64,000 nt of DNA from Thalia democratica (Eukaryota): the NCBI GenBank assembly GCA_965202585.1, contig OZ241827.1, positions 58,280,001 to 58,344,000 of the forward strand, written 5' to 3'. The translations under genes were made by a program, and so were the position numbers. The notes under the pieces were generated by a model. It had not been told where the DNA came from. It did no database searches and saw only the letters and a list, made by a program, of their open reading frames with translations. This document shows positions 12,301 through 24,300 of the stretch, one piece after another. The first letter of the stretch is position 1, and each line of letters starts with the position of its first letter.

Positions 12301-15300
12301 ACTCAAATTTGGATGTGTAAAATGAATAAAAAAATATATAATGTAAAACACCTACAAATGTTGCAAAAAATGATTCATGTGTATGAAAAAGTGATGTCAA
12401 TTTTTATGTACAGTACAAATTACTTAGATTTGAATAAGTTTAAAGTGTTGCAAAGAAATATTGATCTGTATGAAAAAATGCATTAACAACTAAAAAAGTG
12501 ATATTAACATTGTTTCGACGCTTGAAAAACCGTCAGATTTGGATGAGTGCGCTTTCGTTGAGCGCGGAAACTGCTCGGAGTTCGCCCACTGCAACAACAC
12601 TTTCTCAACTTACTTTTGCGAGTGCAAGGCAGGGTTCACTGACACGAGCGAAGACGTTGTCAACTTGCCGGGAAGAAACTGCACTGGTGCGCATGTTTTG
12701 TTTGTATGAATAAGTTGTATGTGTTAAATTAACGTTGGTTAAAATTAAAGCTTGTTAACTGTTTGATAAGTTTGCATGCATATAACTGTATTAATCAGGA
12801 TACTTCTATGATTTTATTATGTTAAATTTTTGTTTAAAGTAATGTTAACCATTTGTTTTAATAAGACAAAATTAAAAAAACAAATATTTTTGTTGGTAAA
12901 AGAAATTTAATGTATTCAATGTATTTAAATGCATAAAAGTATTGAAACTATAGTAACTTAAAAATAAAATATATGAAATTATTAAGTTGAAATTCTTGTT
13001 TTTATTTCCATTGAGTTGTTGAAGAAATTAAACACTTTTGAATCTAACGTTATATGTTTTAATGCATGCGCACAAATTTTGAAACCAAAAAATAATAAAA
13101 AAGAGCTCTGAAGATTTTAAATGATTCCTGTAACGACCGCAGAACCAAAATAAATAAAAAACTGCTTGAACATTAAAAATTTGTAAAGTTATTTTTAATC
13201 GCTTCAACTTATACAAAGATATCAACGAGTGCCTGTCCAGCCCGTGCTTGAACGATGACCGATTGTGCGTGAACACCAACGGATCTTACGAGTGCGTGTG
13301 TCCCCAGGGATTCCAGGACCTCGTCCCTGGCGATCCTACTTCGGATTGCGTTGACACCGACGAGTGCCTGGATAACACAAGGTATTAAGAGTTTTTTATT
13401 TTATATTTATTTTATGATTTTTTTTTTTCAAAATAACCGGAACAAAAAAGTAGGCAATATTAGGTATTAAGTTTTAATGGTGAATGTTAGTTCAAAACTG
13501 TACAAGCGTTAAAGATTTTAAACATTTTAATTTTTTCAGGAAAAACAATATACAAACAAGTCAATGAGTAACTTTAGGTTTTTCAGTTAAAAATTAGTAT
13601 CAGTTAATTGTGTAAGCTACTTCAACTTAACTAGTCTAGAGCTATTCTGCAGAGCTTCTATTTTAATTTACAGCAAAATTATATTACTTCAAAAATATAA
13701 GCTGTTAAAAAAGTCAGTTGAACTATCTATTAGAAAATGAATTAAAACAATTTCACAGCTGCGTCGCCAACTCAACCTGCCAGAACTCGATCGGCAGCTA
13801 CAGTTGCGAGTGCGACGACGGTTACCATGGCGACGGGGTGCAGCAGTGCGATGACGTGGACGAGTGCAGCAGCCAGCAGGGGGCGTGCGTGGGCACCAAC
13901 GAAGTTTGCACTAACACTCCGGGGTCGTTCGAATGCGTCTGTGACCAGGGATACGACCGAGTCGAGGTGAACGGAACTTTCAGCTGCGTGAACGTGAACG
14001 AGTGTGAGTTGGGTAGGGATGATTGCAACAGGACCACTGAGGTTTGCGTCGACGTCCAAGGAGGATTCAGATGCGAGTCAGTTTGGATTTATTGTTTTAG
14101 GACAAGTACTTTGTAGTTATAGGAAATTTCGGCGCCATTGTGAAATTATTAAGTTTTGAGTTAGTCTGTTAAATGTCAGTCTTTTCAAGCGTTGAAAATA
14201 CAAAATTTAGTTTGATACTTGTCAATTTAGGTTGAGCCGTAAAATTGTAATTTTGTTACAATGTTATACCTTTTTTGCTTGAAATTCAAAATATTGTTAT
14301 TGAAACGGATATTTTAAATTTATATTAAACACTTTTTCTTAAAATTTTAAAGTATCATGTTTCTAAATTTAGATATAATTATTTTTTGTGAAACATGTGT
14401 AGTTGAAAATAATTGTTTATATGTCTTAACATTATTATCTATAGATATAGTTTACATGTTTTTAATAAAATAATTTCAAACATTTTTTAAGCTACCACAC
14501 CTATCTGCTGCCACGCTTCAGTAAAACTGCGTATAATGAAATAATTCCACGCCCTGATGAACATATATGCCAAAATATCATTTTCTAAATTTAAATTTAG
14601 CGCACTGTCACGTAAAAGCAAACTCTGAAATTTTAATTCAAGTATGAGTTTAACGTTTTTTTGAAGTAACCTTTCGTAAAAATAAGTAAAACAAATACAC
14701 AAAAGTTTCAAATTTTGTTAATTAGCATTTGACAAGCTACATACAAATGAAGATGTAGTTTAAGAAAGTAGACAATTGTTACAAATATAGCTTCTTAAAT
14801 GTTAATTTACTAAATTTAGAAAACTTTGTTGAACTTGTTTGCTTTTATTTAACTTTAAAACAGGAACCACCAAGCAACCCATTAAAACCAAATAAAATAT
14901 ATATTAAAAGATGATATGTTATTGCAAATTTATTAATAAAAAAACGATCGTATAGATTAATGATTTATGTAAAATATAAACTGTTGGTTTAAATATTTAT
15001 CACTTTAATCTTATTCCAACAATTTTTTACCTAAAAAGCAAATAGTTTGAATCTTAGTGAGTTAAATATTATAATATACTAAAATAAAATAACAACGAAT
15101 AAACAGGTTTGCCGACGGCTTCTCGTTTCTACAATTATTTTTTTTTAAATTTATATACTTTTATTTTCTTCCATTTTTTCATTAAATGTTTTTTCAATAA
15201 TATTCGTCTAATTATTAAAAAACATTAAGAGAAACGTAAAAAATTTAAGGCATTACTTGTTCCCAACAGGTGTGCCGACAGCTTCTCCAAAAAGCTGAAA

Positions 15301-18300
15301 ATTCTTATATCATAATACTAGTAATCATTTTTGTCGAATTTTAATTTAAATTCTTCGTTTTTTTTAACAAAAAGCCTATTGCAAGTCATCGTTTTTCTAA
15401 AAATGAAACTCATACAACAATGCATCATCTATGTTTTGTACGACACGATAACGCAAAGGTTCTTTCGTGCACCAGCTCCTTAAACCGAACTTTTTTGAGC
15501 GCTTTGCCATTTTTGTCGTTAATTATGCAATACTTATACTTCAATTATACATTTTAAATAACAACACCATTTAACACTCTACTTCAAACAGGTGTGCCGA
15601 CGGTTTCTCCTCGCTCACCAGGGAGCTGTGCGTCGACATCGACGAGTGCGAGATGGGGGGATTCTGCCCTCCGACCCACGCGTGCGTCAACGCCTTCGGC
15701 TCGTTCGACTGCGTCTGCAACTCCACCGACTGCGACAACTCGACCCACGCGTGCGACCTCGCCGACACGTGCGCCGGCAACTCGGTGTGCGTCAGGGTGG
15801 GAGCCGGACACAAGTGCGCGTGCTTGGAAGGTAAATTGTTTTAATTGATATATTTTTCTTTAGATTTTTTTGACAAAATTTAAATAATTTATAAATTTTA
15901 TTTAATTTTTCTTCGCAGTTTGGTTTGATCATCTATAAAATAGTTTAAAAGCCAAGTATATTAGAAAAAATATAACTTATTTCAAACATTTAAGTTATGA
16001 TCTAACCAAACTAGCTTTAAAAAAATTGACATCAGCGTATTTGAAAGCTAATAAAAAAATTCAAGTTATTGTGATTCATCCACACACTAATCAAAAATTT
16101 AAATTATCAAAATCAGCCCTTAATCCTCCGTTTCAAACCCACAGGTTACGCGCTGAACGTGAGCGGCGGATGCGAGAACATCGACGAGTGCAACGCCCAG
16201 CTCTCCTTGTGCTCCAGCGCGGCCAACTGCACCGACACCGACGGTTCATACACGTGCGAGTGTCGGGACGGGTACACGGGTGACGGGTTCAACTGCGAGG
16301 ATTTGGACGAGTGCCAGGGAAATCCCTGCGGCGAGAACGCCACCTGTATTAACCTATCAGGCAGCTTCGTGTGCGACTGCCGGCCCGGGTTTGAGGGAGA
16401 CGGGTACAACTGTTTCGGTTTGTTTTTTTATTGAAATTTTGTTTTTTTTGAATTTAAACGCTAAATGAATAAACAGAGAGAAACGAGTGCGAGGTCGACC
16501 CTTGCGACAACGGTGCCACTTGCGTAGACAGAATAAGTTCTTACGAATGCCTTTGCCCGCCTGGTTTCAGCGGACAAAATTGCTCTGAAGGTAAGTTAAC
16601 AAACCCTGTTTTTTTTGAACACTTTAAAACTTCTACTATTTTTCAGAACTAGTCTGCCAGCAAGAGTGCCATTGCAACGCTCGTTGCGTGTTAGGAGAAG
16701 ACAACCGGCCCAAGTGCGAGTGCATCCCCGGCTTCTGCGGAAACGGTACTTCGTGCAAAGGTATTAAAAGTTCTAACCTAAATTTTCAGCTATTTTTTCC
16801 ACACTAACTAAAACTTAATGCATTTTTACTTTAATAGCCGACATCCCTCTTCCGATGATACTCGCCCCGCCTTTCCCTGTCGACTTCGATGAAGGCAGCA
16901 GCCCCCCACCCGCCATGCTTCCTCCATTCCCGGACTTCGACGACGCAATCACAGCACCGCCGCCCATCACTCTCCCGCCTCCGTTCCCCGAAGACATGGA
17001 TGAAGGTGGTGAACCCGTTCCACCTATACTGCCTCCGCCCTTCCCCGAAGACGATGGCGAAAGCGAGAACGCTGGACCTGTTCCTCCCATCCTTCCACCT
17101 CCGATGCCCGAGGACGATGTACTGAGTGATAACAGTGGCCCGGTGCCACCAATATTGCCACCACCGATGCCAGAAGAAGAAGTTGAGGACTCGAAAGACA
17201 CTCCGCCGCCGATCATTCTTCTGCCACCACCATTCCCAGATGATGAACCGTCAAGCGATAACAGCGGACCGGTTCCACCTATACTACCACCACCCATGCC
17301 AGAGGACGAAGTTGAAGAATCCAAGGATCAGCCTCCACCAGTGATCTTACTACCACCTCCCTTCCCTGAAGACTTGGGAGAGAGCCAGACCAGCGGCCCA
17401 GTACCACCAATCCTGCCACCACCCATGCCAGAGGACGAACCGGAAGAGTCTAAGGATCAACTACCACCAGTGATCTTACTACCACCTCCCTTCCCTGAAG
17501 ACCTAGGTGAAAGCCAAAACAACGGTCCTACTCCTCCTATTTTGCCACCACCCATGCCTGAGGAAGAACCTGAAGACTCTAAGGATCAACCTCCTCCGAT
17601 CATTCTTCTACCACCTCCGTTCCCAGAGGACTTAGGAGAGAGTGAGAACAATGGACCAGTTCCTCCTATTCTGCCACCTCCTATGCCTGAAGATCAATCT
17701 GAGGAGTCCAACGATCAACCTCCACCGGTTATCTTGTTACCACCTCCGTTTCCTGAAGACCTAGGAGAAAATGAAAATAGCGGCCCTGTACCACCAATAC
17801 TGCCTCCTCCTATGCCTGAGGATCAACCTGAAGACTCTAAAGACACTCCACCACCAGTGATTTTGTTACCACCACCCTTCCCTGAAGACATAGGAGAAAG
17901 TGAGAACAACGGCCCAGTACCACCAATATTGCCACCACCGATGCCTGAGGATGAAACCGAAGAGTCCACAGGGCCACCACCAGTGATCTTGTTGCCACCT
18001 CCGTTCCCTGAGGATTTGGACGACGGCCAGAACAACGGTCCAGTACCACCGATCCTACCACCACCCATGCCGGAGGACGAAGTTGAAGGATCCAAGGATG
18101 AGCCACCACCGATTATTTTGTTGCCGCCACCGTTCCCAGAAGAGTTGGAAGACAGCAGCAGCGTCGCGCCTCCGCTTGTGCCACCACCACCTCCCCAGGA
18201 GGACGAGGAAGACGAACCACTTCCGCCCTTCCTGCCGCCGCCTCCGTTCCCCGAAGACGCATTCGTGGTTTGTGCTTTAAGTTGTTGGTTTCTGAGAAAT

Positions 18301-21300
18301 AAGAAAGCATAACTGGAAATGTTAAAAACTTTCAAGTGTAGTTTAAACAGTTTTTCGAGATTCATACAATGTGAACTTGTTTCACATACTCACTTATAAG
18401 CATTAATATAAATATAAACTGTTTTATCGGTTTTTCAGTGTGAAGACGGTGAAATCTTCGACGACAACATGTGCAAATGTATAGGTAAGAGAGCGTTTAT
18501 TAAGTTAACACATTTAAAACGAACTTTGTCAAATTAAATCAGCTTTTGTTATATTTTCAAACCACCATTGCCGTGTTCATCTAAACTCTTTTATATTCAG
18601 TTGTCGACGGTTGCCTGGCCCAAGGTGAACCTTGCAACGACGATGAGGTCTGCGTGGAAAGTTCTGGAAACTTCACTTGCGAGTGTCAATCTAACTTTGT
18701 TAAGTTCAATGGAACCTGCACTGGTAAGTTCGACCTGCGTTCAGTTTTTATGCATAAATTGACTGATTGCATATAGTTTTTTTTAATATATTGCTTTTTT
18801 CTTATTAGTTTTTGTCAAAATACTTTTACTGGATTTAAAATAACTAATTTATAAAAAAAAAACTGTTTAATATAATCTTGCTTGAATAGTTTAAATCATC
18901 CTAACAAACTGTTAGTAATATGTTGTTTAAGTCTTAACTCTTAATCTTTTAGTACAAAGCTACATTTGGTTTCAGTTTAACTAAGCAAATAATTTAAAAA
19001 TGTAGAAGTTAGCTGTTTGACGCACCCTGATGCTTGCAATGAAAATGAACAATGCGCTTTGAGTCTTGAAAGTGGAAACTATACTTGCGTCTGTCCTCAA
19101 GGGTTCACCAATGCCAGCGGAAACTGTAACCGTAAGTAAAGCTTACCATGCAGTAGAGTACTTTGAAATACAATTGTTTATAAAAAGACTGCTCTATGCG
19201 TTTTAAAAATTTTCAAATCAGGGTTTTAACTTTTAACTTATATCCAGCTACATGCGCTGAGCTGAGTTGCACGGCAGTTGAAGAATGCTTCGACACTCAA
19301 ATCGGCGGTCAGTGCGAATGCCAGCCCGGCTACGAACGAGACGAGAACAAAATATGCCAGCGTGAGTGATAAAACGTTTTTTTTTTGTAAAACCGAGAGA
19401 TTTCCTTTTTGTATACAATAAAGCTTTTATAAGCCTTCTAAAAGTGTCTATGAGTTCGAGTGGGATATCACATTATAAACAACATTATTCCTTTTTTTCT
19501 TGCAAAACTAAAGTTAAGTTAAAAAAATATAGTTTTTGTTTTGTTTACTTTTATGAGCGCTGTTTAAATGGAAGTTAATGAGTAAAATGTTTTGGTTTTA
19601 CATAGATTGTTTACGATAACTAAGCTAAGAGACTGAAATAAATTAGTTGTCGATGGATGCGTTGCAAACGGTCTTGAGTGCAGAGAAGATCAAATTTGTG
19701 TTGGAAACCAAATATCTGGAAATTACACTTGTTCATGCAGATCTAACTTTGTTGAATTTGAAGGAGTTTGCACTCGTAAGTTAATACTATTTTAGTTTTT
19801 AATTGTACTTTTATTAAAAATACTTTAAATTTCAGCTGTGAGTTGTCAGACACAGCCTGATGCTTGTAATGCAAACGAAGAATGTTTTTTGAATATTGAA
19901 AGTGGAAATTATACTTGTGTTTGCCCGCAAGGATTTACTACCTTTAATGGAATTTGTAACCGTAAGTAAAATTTCGATACAGTAAAAAAAAATGTTTTAA
20001 TTCATCTAAAAAAAAAATTAAACACATAAATGTATAACAATACAAGTTTTGCTTATATTTTGTTTAATAACATAGTTATTATGTATTAAGAGAAACTAAA
20101 TGAGTATTTTGCTGTTTGAGCTATAAATGTAGTTAACATTTGTTTAAACATTATTAGCAGTAAACATTTTTTAAACACTTTAATATAAAGATACGCTATT
20201 TATTTTAACAACAAAACACTTAAGTTTTTAGCGATCATCATATAACTGTTTTAAATTGATCAAAAAGGTTTATAGTTGATAATTTTACAGCAACTTGCTT
20301 GAATGTGAATTGTTCCACAAATGAAAATTGTGTTGATCTTGAAAATGGTGGACAATGTCAATGTAACGATGGTTACGAAAAAGATGAAGCTAATATCTGT
20401 CAAAGTTGGTTTTTTAAATTTTTCTAAACTTTACAGTATATAAGTTTTAAAGTTTTAGTTTGATTTAAAACAAAAACAAACAAATACTATAAAAGTTTTT
20501 GTTTTTGGCAAACCTGAAGTATGTATAGCTAAATCTAGATACTGTTAAACGTTTTATGAGTTTTTTAAAAACACTAATTACATTTTAAAGTTAAAAATTA
20601 AAAAAATAATAAAAACTATACTAAATACTCCTTAGTATAGGAAGCAAACATTCCATACACTTTGAACTTTTGTTACATAAACTATTTTAAAGCAGATATT
20701 AGTTTTATCTACAAAATTTTATTTTTATTAAGCTCTTATCTTAATGTATCATAAATTGACACGTTTTATAACTTTATAACTTTAGTTCATATGTATGTAC
20801 TAATTTATGATGCAACCAATAAAAGTTAATATATTCATCATCTCCAGTTGTTGACGGATGCGTTGCAGACGGTCTTGAATGCAGACAAGATCAGATTTGT
20901 ATTGGAAACCAAATATCTGGATACAACTGTTCATGCAGACCCAACTTTGTTGAATTTGAAGGAGTTTGCACTCGTAAGTTAATATTATTTTAGTTTTTAA
21001 TTGTACTTCTATTAAAAATATTCTTAATTTCAGCTGTGAGTTGTCAGACACATCCTGATGCTTGTAACGCAAATGAAGAATGTATTTTGAATATTGAAAG
21101 TGGAAATTATACTTGTGTTTGCCCGCAAGGATTTACTACCTTCAATGGAAACTGTAACCGTAAGTTAAACAAAAATATAGAACTTTTACAGCTAATGTAG
21201 TGAGTTTTAAATTCATGAGTTTTTATTTATGTTAACACAAAGTTATACTCTGATAATCGTACTAAGTGCCTTTCAAGCTTAGATTATAAACATATTTTCT

Positions 21301-24300
21301 TGTAGTTAGTTTTGTTTGTTAGTAAATCACATGAATGCTATATCTGTTTTAAAAGAAAATTGAGTTCAAAATTATATAAAAATGATGTGTTTCCAATTGA
21401 TTACTTCTGTGTAATAGCAACAATATTTTTACAGCAACTTGCTTGAATGTGAACTGTTCTACAAATGAAAATTGTGTTGATATTGAAAATGGTGGACAAT
21501 GTCAATGTAACGATGGTTACGAAAAAGATGAAGCTAATATCTGTCAAAGTTGGTTTTTAAAAATATTGGGCTCTCTAGCTTAAATTTAGCTGTAGCTTTT
21601 AGTTTAATTCTTAAGGAACAAAAAATGTTTTCAAGACTTCTTAATATTTAATCAATCCAAAATTTAACTCACAAACTATAAATCAATAAATATACACTTA
21701 TAGATAATATAAGTTTTGTTTTGTACTTTAATATTAATGTAACACTGACTATATCAAAACAGTTGTTGACGGATGTGTTGCGTTTGGACTGGAATGCAGA
21801 CAAGATCAGATTTGTGTTGGAAACCAAATATCTGGATACAATTGTTCATGCAGATCCAACTTTGTTGAATTTGAAGGAGTTTGCACTCGTAAGTTAATAT
21901 TATTTTTCATTCTTAATTGTACTTCTATTAAAAATGTTCTAAATTTCAGCTGTGAGTTGTCAGACACATCCTGATGCTTGTAACGCAAACGAAGAATGTA
22001 TTTTGAATATTGAAAGTGGAAATTATACTTGTGTTTGCCCGCAAGGATTTACTACCTTTAACGGAAACTGTAACCGTAAGTTAAACAAAAATATGGAACT
22101 TTTACAGCTAATGTTGTGTGTTTAAAACTAATGAGTCTATATTTATGTCAACACTAAGTTATACTTTGATAAGTTTCTTTCAAGCTTAAATTATAAAAAT
22201 ATTTTCTTGTAGTTAGTTTTGTTTGTTAGTTAATCACATGAATGCTATATCTGTTGTAAAAGAAAATTGAATTCAAAATTGTATAAAAATGATGTGTTTC
22301 CAATTGATTACTTCTGTGTAATAGCAATAATATTTTTACAGCAACTTGCTTGAATGTGAATTGTTCCACAAATGAAAATTGTGTTGATCTTGAAAATGGT
22401 GGACAATGTCAATGTAACGATGGATACGAAAAAGATGAAGCTAATATCTGTCAAAGTTTGTTTTTAATTTTTTTAAATTTATAAGTTTTTAAATTTTAGT
22501 TTTATTTAACAAAACGAGATTTTTTTTATGGCAAACCTGAAAAATATAAATCTCAGTTTAGATACTGTTTAACGTTTTATGAGTTTGTTAACTTAAGTTA
22601 GTTTTTATAGTTTTATATAGAAAATTAACTACATTAGTAAAATAAAAAATGACTTAGATTAAATAACAATCCTAAATATGTAAAGTAATATTTATACACT
22701 TTAACTTTCAGTTCGTGAACTACTTTATAACAAGTGTAAGCTTTATCTATATAATTAGTTTTTCCTGCAAAACTTTTCATTTAATTAAAAAAAGCTATTT
22801 CTTTAACTTATTTACCTTAGTAAACATGTATTAACTGATTTTTTTATGCAACCTACTAAAGTTGTGCTGTATCTTATCTTCTCCAGTTGTTGATGGATGC
22901 GTTGCAAACGGTCTTGAATGCAGAGAAGATCAGATTTGTATTGGAAACCTAATATCTGGATACAACTGTTCATGCAGATCCAACTTTGTTGAATTTGAAG
23001 GAGCATGTACTCGTAAGTTAATGCTGTTTTTCGTATAGTACTTTTATATAGTTGTAGTTTTTAAGCATGCAGGTAATTTTTAATTGAGTCATAATTTAAA
23101 ACTAGTTAACTTTTCAAAAAAATGCATTAGAAAATTAAACCTTTAGTTTAATTGTAAGTTATATGTAGTTGAGAGCTGCCAGACCAACGTCGAAGCTTGC
23201 AACATGAATGAAATTTGCGAATTGGTAGATGAAAGTTACACATGCGTCTGCCCACAAGGATTCATTGTTGTCGACGAAAGCTGTGTCGGTGAGTAACACC
23301 TTCCAATGTAATTACAATGTCTTATTGCATCTAAAAAACTATTATAATTTCATTCAACCTTATTTTATGAAATAGTTTATAATTTTGTTTACCTTTTAAA
23401 ATCGACAACTAGAGTTCTCAGCTTTAATTCAAATGTATAAAAACTAATCTAATGTTTCAAAGTATACCGTTGTAAAGTTCTGTAACGATACTCTTTGTAA
23501 CTTTTAGAAGTCTATATAACAATTTGATTTTTGATAGCAACAGATTAATACTAACATAACTTTTTTAAGTATACAGTTATAAAATTCTGTAATATAATTC
23601 TTTTAATTTAAAAACGTATAAACAACAAACATGTTTTGATAGCAACATGCGCAAAGACGAACTGCTCTTCAGTAGAAACTTGTGAAGACACTTCAACTGG
23701 AGCGCAATGTGTCTGCAACGACGGTTACACCCGCAACCAAACTTCTGGCCTTTGTCAAAGTGAGTTGACAAGCTATGGCTGTGTTCAAAAATAACTTAGA
23801 TTTTTATGTACTTAGTATATTATCTGTACTTAAGTTTTGATGCTAAACAAACTTTAAACGAATTTTAATTGTCTTGTATTTCTAACTTTTTTTGTTTCAA
23901 TTATATACATTGTATTTCATTAACGTTTTTTCTTAAATTTATATTTAACAAAGGAATTGTAAAAGTTTCAAAGTCGTTTTTCAGTTTTGGTTTAAAAGTT
24001 CATTTGAAATTCGTGCGTGGTTTTACGCAAAAATAACTAACTATTTAAAAACGATTTTTCATTATTGTATTCGTTTTTGTCAAGTAAAATATTTTAAACG
24101 GTAAAAATGTAACTACTTTTTAAAAAAAAAATAACTTTCTTCAATAAACTAAAGCTAACTAAAACTCTTGAATCGGTGGTTACAACATTTTCGGACAAAC
24201 TTAAAATGTAACTACTTCTTATAAGGTGAAAATACTTAATTTTTAGTATCTGACGGCTGTGTTGCCGGTGGGTTCCCATGCGGAACCAACCAGGTTTGCA

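Noticed and set aside
12200-12490. Loosely repeated TGTTGCAAA / TGTATGAAAAA intron segment and the 84-aa ORF over it
   Set aside because: Multiple stops in other frames, no domain pattern and no usable exon. Probably decayed low-complexity DNA.
16815-18365. Gly-rich antisense ORFs
   Set aside because: Complement of the proline codons of exon 10.
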